Positions 11,299-23,816 of a stretch of 64,000 nt of DNA are shown here, one piece after another. Both the position numbers and the translations under genes were made by a program. The notes under the pieces were generated by a model. The model was given only the letters and a program-made list of their open reading frames with translations, was not told the DNA's origin and searched no databases. How positions within the stretch are numbered: position 1 is the first letter of the stretch; each line of letters starts with the position of its first letter. Source of the DNA: Octopus sinensis (taxonomy: Eukaryota); assembly GCF_006345805.1 (NCBI RefSeq), contig NC_043000.1, positions 1,364,001-1,428,000 on the forward strand, in the 5' to 3' direction.

Positions 11299-14200
11299 TC
11301 ACACGGTTCCTTGCACGCACAACACTCGTGCAACATACTTCCATCTCTTTTGGAACGTACAGTCCGACAGACACCTCTTCTCCAGCCACAGTTTCCTTTT
11401 CAAATGAAAAGAAAAAAAGGATCGTAAATTGTGACCAGAGATAAAGTTGCCTGTCTTAATTCCTTTTATCCTAGTCTTCCATACAGCCTCTTTTGCTATT
11501 GCTACAACCGTGAGAAAACAATTCTTACCTTCGTTCGTTAGAACTCCCGGTGGGTCAATTTTTATAATTGGCTCAGTCGACAGCCGTACTCTTCCTTCGC
11601 CGGACAACAGATGTTCAGCATAAGCCCACATTTCAGTTATCTCCGGACACTGAACAATAGCGTGAGGGACGATTTCCCTGTCCCCCCCCCTCATCTTGGA
11701 CAGGTCGGCGACTGACGTTTACCATGTCGTGCGAGCTTATCCCAAACGGGCAAGGCACCTCTGTAGCATTGCCAGGTTAAGGACTTTTGGAAGTTGTCCA
11801 ACGTTCTCAACCCGAATGTACGATGAAACAAGCTGTCCAGTTGAATAAATCCGAAACCTAGAGTCGACCCCAGGCCATCGTCGCATTCAGACTCTACCAA
11901 CCCACTATATAAATCCGTGTAGAACCCCCACCGCTGGCGTTGCCCGAGCGCCGGAACAGCAAGAGGGCCTTACGGCACTCTTTATGCCACTCACTCGACC
12001 TCGGTCTACGAGAACACCAGGCTTCCTGTTCGCAAAAACTCTTGAACTCAGGGAACATTTGTCTGGCTAGCGGAGACCACACCCGTTCACTATCCAGGAG
12101 AATCCAGAGGTGCCTCAACCTCAACGCATGTCTGCACATCATTAACCAAGGCATCCCTAAACCTCCCTTTAAAGGCTTTTGACAGCAGACAGAGCGTTTC
12201 ACAAGTGGCGACCTGCCCTTCCACAAAAAGCGAAAGAGCTGTCTCTCCAACCTGATCAACCACGAATCCGGACAGGGCACGACGGTCAGGCGGTAGGTAA
12301 TGACCGATGCGATAAACACATTGGCCACCTCCGCCCTCCCTTTCAGGGATAGCCACCGCCAAGACCAGGTCTTGACTACTGCAGCCACCCTGCTCAATAC
12401 CTCCGTCCAGTTCTTCTCTATCTGGAGGCCTAGTCCAAACCAGACTCCCAGCAACTTAACCGGTCCCTCCGTCCAGCGCCTAACAACGCTGTCTGAAGGC
12501 ATCGACTTGCCAACCCAGGTGCCGAGCTGCAAGCCGACCGACATTTCCCGGTTAATCTTTGCTCCTGCTACCTCCTCGTAAGCCTCAATAGTCTTACCTA
12601 CTTCACGTAGGCGTGCTACTGTGGTTACACTGATAGTGATATCATCCGCGAAAGCCGTAACAAACTCCTCTAGTCCTGGTTCTCTCGGGATGCCACTCAA
12701 CCTTTGCAGTAATGGCTCGAGAGCCATCACATACAAAAGTGGTGAAAGCGGACATCCTTGACGAACCGAGCGTCTGATGCAGAACGGCTTCGAAAGGAAA
12801 CCGTTCACCCGAACTATCGAGTCAATGATGTGGTACAAAGCGATAAACCACCTGAGGAAGCCAAGACCCAGGCCAAACCGCGCAAGTACAGTCGCTAGGT
12901 ATCGATGGTCAACCCTATCAAAAGCTTTAGACTGGTCCAAATGCACCAATGCCCCACCTTTGCCAGATTTATTACCAACCCTCTCTATGGTATAGCGAAT
13001 AAGATGGAGGGTATCCTGAATGGTTCTGCCTGGGATGGCACATGTCTGTGCCTCCCCGACTATACCATTCGCGACACGCGCCAATCTTTTTGCTAGAACC
13101 TTGGCCAAAATCTTCACTTCTGCGTTTAACAGAGTGATGGGCCTGAAATTCTCTAGAACGTCCCCCTTGTCCGGGTCCTTTCTGACCAACGTCAATACTC
13201 CCCGGCGCACAGATCTGGGGATAAACCCATTCTGTTTCCAGTTCGCGTACACATCAGTCAATAGTTGCCCGAACAAGTCTGGCATACATTTATACAGCTC
13301 GTACGGAAGACCATCAAGTCCCGGTGACTTACCCGCTTTACAATCGGCCAAAGCCTCCATCACCTCCTCAGGTGTGATTGGCCCTTCGCAAGACTCCGCA
13401 TCCGACCCCGAGAGGCACGGCAGCCCGGTAAGAAAGTCCTTGAGGGCTCTCCCACCATCAGGACCGCCGTCACCCCCGAACAGCTGGGCGAAGTACTCCC
13501 GAAAGACCTCACACATTTTCTCGGGTTCGTTTACCAAGACACCATTTTGATTCGTCAAAGACCGAATAGAGGAACTATTTCCTTGCCGAGCTTCCACCAC
13601 TCGGGCCCATCCAGCGGCTTTGATCCCTTCACTTCCCATTGCACGTAACTTAGCTCTGGTAATACTTCCCATGTGGTGGGCTTCAAGATGCTGGTTTAAC
13701 TCCAGTCTTTTCACCCTCGCTTGGTCTGTATTACCAGTCCTCCAGGCTTCTTCTAGTTCCTTAACTAGACCATCTCCTATTTTACGTCCTTTCTTAGCTA
13801 AACTTATGCTAAACCTAATAGACTCATATTTGATGGCTCTTTTTAGGGCGTACCACCATTTGTTATTAATGATGGTACCTGTTAATGCCCTCTGTATTAA
13901 CATCTTGATCCGCTTTCTGTACTCCTCAATCGCCAAAAGGGACGTATTGAGTTTCCAGTAGCCAGATCCCTGTCTATGCAACTTATCTACCGTCAGTTTA
14001 CAGGTAACCATCTTGTGGTCACTGTAGCTGACTAGAAAAAACTGTGGACACTGAACTATGGACTTATCTTTTTCTCTAATTAAAATCCTATCTAGATATG
14101 TTCTGGTAGACCCGTCACTATTTGACCACGTCCACTGTGGAGTGTTTGGGTGCTCCAACCTATATGGATCTGCTAGCTGAAATTGACTTAGCAGATCCCG

Positions 14201-14701
14201 AAAGCCTGGGTTACATTTTCTGTTCATGTTCGAGCTTGAGCCAACACAATCTGTGTGTGCTGCACATATTGTATTAGAGTTTCCTAACACTACTAGTGAA
14301 TGCGACGTGGCTAGGAACTTTCCTAGGCCACGAAAATATTCAGTTTGCGGGCCAATAATGTTTGGTGCGTAAATAGCGACCAGCCTGATTGTCTTGCCAC
14401 AACTGAATGTCAAGTCGAGAACGACCAGCCTGCCTTCTGGTTCAGAAAAAAACAACTTTTTCTCGGCTACCCGGTTTCTTTTTAGTAGGACCAACACCCC
14501 ACCCCCACCTCCCGCCCGACTCGGAGAAACGTATTTCTCGTAGCCGTTCAGGATGGGGAGCAGATCTCTTGGCCCCTTCACCCGGGTTTCCGTTGCAACA
14601 ATTACATCCAAATTTCTCGACCTGATGTCATTTAGAAAGCGTCCTTGCTTCCAGCTTGACAACAGGCCACGAACATTTAAACAACCAATGTGAATAGACA
14701 T
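11299..14701 (-). pseudogene. Tx1 ORF2: AP endonuclease + reverse transcriptase + C-terminal zinc-binding region, two frameshifts near the end
   Basis: APE motifs CLNVRGL, ETR, SDH (GDFN altered to GNSN); RT motifs RPITLLN, KAFDRV, QGCPLSP, FADD; tail in ORFs 11691..11900 and 11299..11694 (CPR...HAIVQC). Confidence 0.88.
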
Positions 14702-14797
14702 GACTTACCTGTTTAATCAGGATTGTCCGGTGGAGGGGGACCCTCCACCTTTTTTTGATCCAGGGTCGGAGGTGGACGGTCTTGGGAAATAGATTTG

Positions 14798-16291
14798 TCA
14801 AAATCCCGTCACAGAATTATCAGGTGGAGGGGGAATCTCCACCTTTTCCTTTTCTCGCGGGATCGGACCTGGTAATCCATGAAATATCGACTTGTTAAAA
14901 TCTAATCTCAATGAAGATACAGTCTTTCTGTATTTATTTTGTAGAATTCTATAAGTCTTATTTGAGACTTCATATATGTCGTAATTGATAAATTCCTCTG
15001 AAAGGTTATCAATTTTTTTTACAGTCTTTATGAGTTGAATGTCTCTCATGAGCTCAGTATCTTTAGTGTATACGGCTATTATGCCTTTTTCTTCTTTTTC
15101 TCTTCTGGCAGTCTTTTTGGTCGTGTTCTGTAGTAGTCGCCGCTCTCGGCTGGGTTGCTGGTTGTATTTTTCTTTGTTTGTTGTTTTTTTCTCATCTGTT
15201 TCTTCTTTATCTTCTTCCTCTTTGTCTTTTTTCTCCTCTTCCTCCTCTTCTTCATTTTCCTTGCAGTTCCTTCGAATGTGGCCTAATTGACCACATAAAA
15301 AACATCGAGGTTTTCGGCCCTCAACAAACACCACGAGGTTCTCCTCCCCTACCTCAATTGTCTCGGGAATTGCTTGAATTATTTTAGGGTCCGCTTGAAT
15401 GAGAAGATTAATTGTTTGACCATCCCAGCGTGGGTTTTCCGTAGCGGTAGCCTGGAGGAGAGTAATTTTGTCTACCTCTTTGATTAGGACTGCCGCCAAC
15501 AACCACATAGGGACCACTTCTGGCGGGACCCTTGTAATTTTTATTCTTGACGTCCTCATTCCCATATAATAGGGGATGAGCTCCACGTCGTTCGTTTTCA
15601 GCGTTTTAACTGAGTTCTTGTGTGCTATTTCTTTATTGGTGAACCTTACTTCCACCGTTCCGAATTTTTTGCCTCTTCTCAGATATACTACGTCGCCCCA
15701 TATTGGCTTTAAGCACTTTTCTATTTTCTCTTCTGACATTCTTTCAATTTTTCTTTTTTATAGACAATATGTTTTGAAAATTATTGTTTTTTGCTTTTCT
15801 TCTTGTAATAACTTTTGCGGAGGTTCAATTTTCACACCGTTGTCAGTTATTTTAATCATTTGGCTGTATTTCATAAAGTCGCTTTTATTCGTCGACAGCA
15901 GCCGGGTTCCACTCCCAGCAGCCAACGCCAAACTTTTTTTTCCATTATTTGGTTCTATCTGGATGCTAGGTATATCAATTATTCTCTTCGACACAATGCC
16001 TTTGTTCTCTGGCAAAGTCGGAAACTCTTCTGGTGAAAGTTCTGACGAGCTCTCAGACACATCTCCAAAAAAATCAAATATATTATCCACTCTGTTATTC
16101 CTTCTTGTAGCGGGGGAAACCCCTATTTCCTTGTCTGTAGTTGGCTCCTCGCCGGGCATGTATTTCCTCCTCTCAACAGGAGAAACAAGTATTTCTGCTC
16201 CAACGGTAGGCTCCATGCTAGACGACATTCTTCCCCCCCCCCAAAGAGGGAATGAACAACGCGTGCTACCACAAGCACTAAGTGTTTTCAA
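14798..16291 (-). pseudogene. Tx1 ORF1 (RRM-like + zinc knuckle CFLCGQLGHIRRNC) split by one in-frame TAA at 15758-15760
   Basis: ORFs 15758..16291 and 14798..15739 are in the same frame, separated by stop + 6 codons. Confidence 0.8.
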
Positions 16292-16458
16292 TTGAAAACT
16301 CCAACAATTAAGTTATTCAACAGTTTAACAAGAAACAACAGTTATTAACAATATTAACACCAAGAAACAGCAATTCTTACCACGAACACATGTGCGGCAG
16401 ACGAAATACGGCTACGCATTTCGGCCGGCGTGCTAACGTTTCTCCCAGCTCGCCGCCT

Positions 16459-16496
<38 letters not shown>

Positions 16497-17029
16497 CGCG
16501 CGCGCGCGCGTCTGTGTGTGATGTAACGTCTAGTTTTCTATGCTTTCATGAGTAAGACGGAATTTGTTGAGGCAGTTTTCTCTACTTCTTGATGCCCTTC
16601 TCTAGACAACCTTCACTCATGTTTCTAAGAAGGATGGTATTTCTCAATGACCAGACGTGTTTTTCACGTAAGACCGGGAACGAACAATATCATTTGCATA
16701 ATGATGATGCTCATTTACTACCATCAAACTATGCCAAGACAACGGTACACACAATCTCACACACATGCAGACACATACATACATACATACATACACATAT
16801 ATTAGGTATATATACATATATACGTATGTCAGCCGAAATTGCGAGGATGATCCGGTTCTTGACTGAAGATTGAAGGCTTCGAATGTCCCGTCCGTGTTTT
16901 TTGTATCGTCTTCTAAATGTTTTACGTTCTTGTCCCAGTTTGTATTTTTCTACATATAATATATATAGCGACGCCCGTACCCTCTTTGGCCTTGTATGTA
17001 AGTACATATTCCTTTAAATTTGGTACGAC

Positions 17030-17823
17030 TCAAGTGAGAAAGTAGAAATAGTCACAGACTATATAATATATTCAACAATAATATTAAGGAATGACCCTGA
17101 CAGGCCGTTCAACTCACTTGAAAAGAGCAGCTAAACTCAAACCGCAAAATAGTAGTAATTCTGAAACTAAAGGAGAAATAAAAACATTTATCCCCTTCAA
17201 CTTTGTACCATGCATGGTTTCAACATTTTTACGTAATCGAATTTAATTAAATTAAATTAAATCCGTTTACGATTGGCTTGTCTCATCAGCAAAGTCGCCA
17301 AAGAAAAGGAAAATATATACCCACGAGGCAGCACCATCGAAGCCTCGAGTTTATATATCCTAAATTTTCGAAATCCACCGTAACCGCGCCATCTACTCAG
17401 CAGCAAATATAAACTGCTGATACAATTTCAGAATTAGTCAAAAAATCATTAATTAATCAATATAAGGGTAGCAAAAAAATTCAAGAAAAATTCAAGAAAA
17501 ATTTTCTGCAACCAGCGGTCAAGTGAGAAAGTAGAAATAGTCACAGACTATATAATATATTCAACAATAATATTAAGGAATAACCCTGACAGGCCGTTCA
17601 ACTCACTCTTTAGTTTCAGAATTACTACTATTTTGCGGTTTTGAGTTTAGCTGCTCTTTTCAAGAGAGTTGAATGGCCTGTCAGGATCATTCCTTAATAT
17701 TATTGTTGAATATATTATATAGTCTGTGACTATTTCTACTTTCTCACTTGACCGCTGGTTGCAGAAAATTTTTCTTGAATTTTTCTTGAATTATTTTGCT
17801 ACCCTTATATTGATTAATTAATG
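17030..17823 (-). mobile_element. 489-bp unit + partial direct repeat + inverted repeat element with a hammerhead motif (family H2, diverged relative of H1)
   Basis: Unit starts at 17030 and again at 17519; inverted segment 17608-17823. Confidence 0.8.
17200..17295 (-). ncRNA. Type I hammerhead ribozyme motif (H2)
   Basis: RC: ACTTTG CTGATGA gaca..insert..tgtt GAAA CCATGCATG GTA CAAAGT; 6-bp stem I, palindromic stem III ACCATGCATGGT. Confidence 0.8.
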
Positions 17824-17867
17824 TATATATATATATATATAGATCTACATGAATATATATATATGTA

Positions 17868-17943
<76 letters not shown>

Positions 17944-17982
17944 ATATATATATATCTATATTTATATATGTATATACATATA

Positions 17983-18034
<52 letters not shown>

Positions 18035-18042
18035 CATATATA

Positions 18043-19512
18043 TTTTTTTTTCTAGTTTCAGCTTAGAGCTGCGGCCATGCTGATGCACCGCCGTTTTGTG
18101 CTACACTGTTATTGCGAAGAACCTTGTCTAATATGTGGCACTTGGTGAAGAATGGAGTTTGATATAACTACTCTCATTTGCACCTCTTGCCGTGGGGTAG
18201 GTTCATCTGGGACTCTTGACAGGAAGATGTCCAGCTTTGATTTAAAAACCGCTACATCTACTTGGTGCAAGTTCCTCAAACTCTTTGGGAGAATATTAAA
18301 AAGCTGTGGGCCCTTGAAACCCAGGCTGTTGCAGAAGCTGGTCCTGAAGCGTGATGGCATTGCTGGGATCTTTGGCACTATGCAGTGTCGTCCCGTTCTA
18401 GCATTGGTGTAGCTTACAATGCCAAAATTTGGCACAATTCCTTCCAGGATCTTCCAGACATATATTACTGCATACTTCTCCCGTCTTCTCTTCAAGGAGT
18501 AGAGTCTTAGCTGTTTCAACCTTTCCCAGTAGCTGAGCTGTTGCAAAGAGATGATCTTCTTTGAGAATCTTCTCTGGATTGCTTCAAGGTCCGCTGTTAA
18601 TTTTACACTGGTGGGTGACCATAGCTGTGAGCAGTAATCCAGGCGACTGAGGACGAATGTCCGCCAGAGGACCATCATGGTTTCCTTATCTCTGGTTCTG
18701 AATGTTCTTAGGATCCACCCAGCCAGTCGTCTGCACATTGTCGCCATCCTGGTAACGTGCACTTGGAAAGAGGTATCATCACTCATGTCGATACCCAGGT
18801 CCCTCACAGGCTTAGGCTCTGGGATTGAAATTCCCTGTGGACCGGTGTATCCTGTAAGTTTAATATTCAGTTTTGGATGCTGGTAGCGCAGGGACTGGAA
18901 TTTTTCAGCATTAAACTGCATATTATTATTCGAGTCCAACTCCTGCTGCAGGTGTGCAACATCGCTGGGGTTCGGTATTTTCTGCGAGACTTTCGTATCG
19001 TCTGCATAGCTGGCCAGAGTGGCTATCCGGGCATTTGAGGGCATATCTGAGAGGGCCACTATAAAAAGCAGTGGTCCCAAGACAGTGCCCTGTGGAACAC
19101 CGCTCACTATTTGTGTGTTCATAGAAATGGCTCCATTAACCACTACTGCCTGACTCCTATCTTTCAGGAAGTCATGCAACAACACTCCAAGTTTTCCAGC
19201 TATGCCGAGGTCACGTAGTTTGTGGCATATCATACCATGATCCACCTTGTCAAAAGCTTTTGCAAAATCAAGGTAGATTACATCCACATTTGATTTGTTG
19301 AGTAACTGCCTCAACACCCAGTCATAATGCTGTAAGAGCTGGGTCAGGCAGCTCCTACCTGGTCGAAAACCATGCTGGGTATCACTCAGCAAGTTATTTT
19401 CCTCAAGGAATGCGATTAGTTTCTTTCTGACTATCCGTTCCATGACTTTGCTGATGTGTGAAGTCAGAGAGATAGGCCTATAGTTTTTGGCATCTGCTCT
19501 ACTTCCCCTTTT
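18043..19512 (-). mobile_element. 5'-truncated CR1-clade LINE (RT + C-terminus, open frame of ~468 aa)
   Basis: NYRPISLTS, QHGFRPGRSC, DFAKAFDKV, GVPQGTVLGPLLF, YADDTK, YCSQLWSP; A-rich 3' end at 18043. The first ~20 aa of ORF 18109..19572 come from flanking repeat. Confidence 0.9.
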
Positions 19513-19645
19513 ATATATATATATATAAACAATTGCAGCGTGGAAGGTGTTTGTAAGCCATTTAAGAAACACACAAAAGCATTTCTATAGCAGTCCTATT
19601 AATCTTTTTGTTCCTGACAAGAAACAATCACTGTATTATTGATAT

Positions 19646-19691
<46 letters not shown>

Positions 19692-19864
19692 ATATATATA
19701 TATATATATATATATACGTGTGTGTGTATGCATTTATACATATATATGTACATATACATTTTCCTTTGCTCTCTCGTTGCTCGCACTTGACCATCGATAA
19801 AAAATAAATGAGTATGTACGTGTTTTCTTTTTCATAACTGTATACCCTTTTTTGCAAACACCCA

Positions 19865-19930
<66 letters not shown>

Positions 19931-20019
19931 CGCACACACGTATGTACATGTACATATACACACACACACACACAGATAGATAGATATATATATAGATAGA
20001 TATATATATATAGATATAT

Positions 20020-20069
<50 letters not shown>

Positions 20070-20215
20070 GAATAGATAGATAGATAGAGAGAGAGAGAGG
20101 GGGGGAGAAAGGAAGGAGTGGCTGTGTTGTAAGAAACTTGCTCCCCAATCACATAGCTGCGGGTTCAGTCCCACAGCGTGACACCGGGTAAGTGTCTTCT
20201 GCTATAGCTAGGGAA

Positions 20216-20306
<91 letters not shown>

Positions 20307-20559
20307 AGATAAGAAAATGGAGAAATACATCTAAATCAAATATCAATTACCAGATAATACTCAATCACATACTTTATTAAACCACCACATAAGAGACTGT
20401 AGGGTTACATATAAAAAGCAGAACAAAATAGAGGGTTGCATTTACAACCCCTATCTCAATTTGTATATATATATATATATATAGTACTCATAGTACTATT
20501 GAACCTGAAAAAAAAATATTTCCGTTTATGATGAAATTGAGAAAGTGTAAAAGGAAATC

Positions 20560-20787
20560 TCAAATCCGCACCAATTAGAGACGTACGAGTGAGTGAAACG
20601 TGTGAGAGTTGTCTTCGCTGCAGCAGTCTAATACAATAATCATTTGATTTAGCCTCTATTCACGTATGCGTAGGTGCGTGTGTACATGTGCGTGTGTGTC
20701 ACAGGCAGATAAAGAGTGAGTTAATGAGATAGGAAAAGGAAAAAATTAGACTGTGTGCCTGTCACATGGAAGGAGGCGGTGCTGAAG
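20560..20787 (+). promoter_or_regulatory. Putative WASHC4 promoter/5' UTR
   Basis: Repeat-free stretch just upstream of the ATG, with a CCAAT near 20570; transcription start not determinable. Confidence 0.35.
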
Positions 20788-20842
20788 ATGGCTAAAGACA
20801 CCAATGGATGGGAATTCGATAAATTTGACGACGGATCTCTCA
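20788..20842 (+). CDS. WASHC4: WASHC4 coding exon 1 (MAKDTNGWEFDKFDDGSL+1 nt)
   Basis: ATG at 20788, donor GTGAGT at 20843, phase 1 matches exon 2. Confidence 0.88.
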
Positions 20843-21020
20843 GTGAGTATGATTTCTAGTTTGTGGAAATGAACATCTTTGGCTGGAATCACCTTCTCGG
20901 GGACCATTCATCGGTGTTGTTTGGTTTACAGATCATACAATGTTTACTTGACGTGAACTCATCCACGTATCCACCCATCGGAGTAGAGATATATGCATTT
21001 TTGGCAATGTGAAGCACCTT

Positions 21021-21053
<33 letters not shown>

Positions 21054-21862
21054 GATGTTGCAATCTGGTTTGCTCGAAGGGAACTGTTTACCTTTTTTTT
21101 TACGTTGCTAATTTGGTAATTTTGTTGTCTAGGCCAACTAGTTCCAATAATCAATCCTGATCGAGCAGACCTAGGGTCAAAATCATTACAGTCGAAATCA
21201 TCTCTTCAATTTCGGAATATCTAACAATACACTTATTCAACGTGTACTTTCTTTTTATAAGAAGGCAGGATGCGATTTGAGATAGAATTATCAGCTGTTT
21301 CTAGCAGGTCAAGCGACTGACTACTTAGAGGCTCCCTTAATGGTTTGGATGAGTGTCAATAGAGAGCCATTAGCCTCACCACATCCCACACATTCTCTTT
21401 CCTGGATGTAAATAAAGAGCATCGTTCCTATCCCACTGTCTACCTTTTCACTTCCTTTTCCTGGGGCTTTCTAAAAGCCATGTCAGACGTGTATAGACGA
21501 GTGAAATTCACTCAATGGTACTTCAACCCATTAACATACTAACCGTGTTTATAAGGGAAAGCTATCATCAGTAACATTATCATTATGTAACACCTATGTG
21601 AACTAAGAGCCCTAGTTTCAAACCTGAGTGTCGTTGTCGTTCTGTCCCTTTACGTTCAAATCCTGCGACCCTTACATCCATTCTATTGTAATAAAATAAG
21701 TCTGAGAATCCCAGTCTTTCCCAGTGCGAAACAGAAAAATGTTCATAACAAATAATTGACGGTCCGATGCATTTTGGATTTTATGCAAGTTGCTGAAGTC
21801 TATGCAGTGATATTCAATCAAATTTAATGTAATTTATTGCACGTATTATTGGTTAGGGTTTG

Positions 21863-22277
21863 GGATCTTTTCGGTTTGAACGGCAGTTTTTTCTAGCGGT
21901 GTCATATGAAATTGTCACCCATAATTATGACCCTAGTATCGATCTATTGCATTTCAATCTGTTTTAGGGTTATGGGTGGGGGAAGGGTATCTTTTTTTCT
22001 TCAGAAATGTAAATAAACCCAATCTGTTTCTTAAACGAGGGACATATTCATACGGCACAGAATGTTTTTTTTGTTACCTCAATAGACGTCAGTGATTGGT
22101 TGAAATTGCAGAAATTGAAGAAAAAAATCAACAAATATCTTACAAACCATAGAATTTTCTCAATAAAGCCAAGAGAAAAAGATGTTTTATAAACACATTC
22201 TACCAGTATACGAAGTTTAAAATTTTTTAGTTACCTAGAAATTATGTTAAAAACTGCCGTTCAAACTGAAAAGATCC
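21863..22277. mobile_element. Second, internally deleted copy of the Merlin-like MITE
   Basis: TIR GGATCTTTTCGGTTTGAACGGCAGTTTT and its reverse complement; 8-bp TSD AGGGTTTG at 21855-21862 and 22278-22285; core shared with 442-1216. Confidence 0.85.
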
Positions 22278-23171
22278 AGGGTTTGTTACGACTGAAACGC
22301 TTATGTTGAAACTATTCGGAAGAACAAAAAAAAAAATACACAATCTTGGAAAACAGTTGAGTTGGTCATAGGAAAACTCCTCCTTAGTTCAAAGTTTTTT
22401 CTGCATAATCCATTTTTAGTACATGCAAGTGTCAAGCTGAATCAGACTAAACAAAACTATAGTTTTTGGGGAAAAAGAATTACATTTCAGACCATAAAGA
22501 CCCAAACTATCTATCAATACCTATTTCTTTATTACCCACGAGGGGCTAAACACAGAGGGGACAAACAAGGACAGACATAGGTATTAAGTCGATTACATCG
22601 ACCCCAGTGCGTAACTGGTACTTTAATTTATCGACCCTGAAAGGATGAAAGGCAAAGTCGACCTCGGCGGAATTTGAACTCAGAACGCAGCGGCGGACGA
22701 AATACCGCAAAGCATTTCGCCCGGCGTGCTAACGATTCTGCCAGCTCGCCGCCATTCTATCTATCTATCTATCAATACCAGTTATCTACTGGGGCTTGAT
22801 ATTTGTCTAGGGGCCTATGATCTACTAGGGTTAGATAACTGTCTAGGGGCCGCCTATGATCGCTATCACACTAAAGTGCTGGGGTGGCTATGTGATAATC
22901 AATTTGTATCCCAGCAACATGATTCTGGGTTCGGTCCTGCTGCGTGGTACCTTGTGCAAGTATCTCCTACTATAGACCCATGCAAATTAAAGCCTTGGAA
23001 GATGGGGACTGAAAGCAACTTGACATGCCCACCCACACAGAGCACTTACACAGGGTGGGCCAATAGCCACACAAAATAAATTCAATATGCTCCGAAATTG
23101 TCAGAGACATGCTTCAGTTTTTCTAAAATCGAATAAAATAACAATGAATGCACTTGTACGTGATCAACAAA

Positions 23172-23226
<55 letters not shown>

Positions 23227-23238
23227 GATAAATAAATA

Positions 23239-23816
23239 CCCTGATGCAGTACCACAAAGTATGCCCTGATGCAGTACCAGGCAGTGGCTCTCATGGCTTC
23301 TGATCTTAACTGATTGGAAGTGTTATCATGTACATTGTTTTGTCTTGGTATAAAAGATGGGCGACAGCAAATATTTCTGCTCAATACCACAGATTTGCTT
23401 GTCAGTTGTTTGACCACAACCAGTTGACCATGTCCCTTACTGGCTGACGATATGTGCATTTCTGATCACAAGCAGAAGTAGTGGGGGAACATCATAGCCA
23501 TGTGTTGAGAGGGATTTTTTGGGGTTTGAATAATTCACCTCTGGAAACATGGGTGTTTATTTCAACATCCTTAAACAACCCTTATTCAGGGACCTTTTGA
23601 GCCTGATGGGCTACTTGACCAGAAGAAAATTCTAACTGGGCCCCACCTGCAAGGTCATGTGCTGTTTGTCTTGATATGAGATCACCATGTCGCGCACATA
23701 TGGTTGTGATGCATGTGTCTGGTGTACCTTTATCAGACGGGTAGTCATGATGGGTATACTGGGCTTCGTATATTTTACCCCAGTGTCACTTTGATGGCAT
23801 GCACTGCTCTCTCACA
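23239..23816 (+). mobile_element. ~560-580-bp non-coding element embedded in (TAA)n; opposite-strand copies 38991-39536 and 45791-46346
   Basis: Three highly similar copies, each with TAA/ATT runs on both sides; no ORF. Confidence 0.85.

Larger units (their letters stand above)
11056..16393 (-). mobile_element. Near-full-length Tx1/L1-clade LINE, inactivated
   Basis: 5' UTR, ORF1 with CCHC knuckle, ORF2 with APE + RT, C-terminal Cys/His region, 3' UTR ending ...GGGCAATAAAGAAATTC; flanks are two halves of a SINE. Confidence 0.9.

Noticed and set aside
15576-16295. 239-aa plus-strand ORF as a Tx1 antisense ORF0
   Set aside because: Antisense shadow of purine-rich ORF1; no independent evidence
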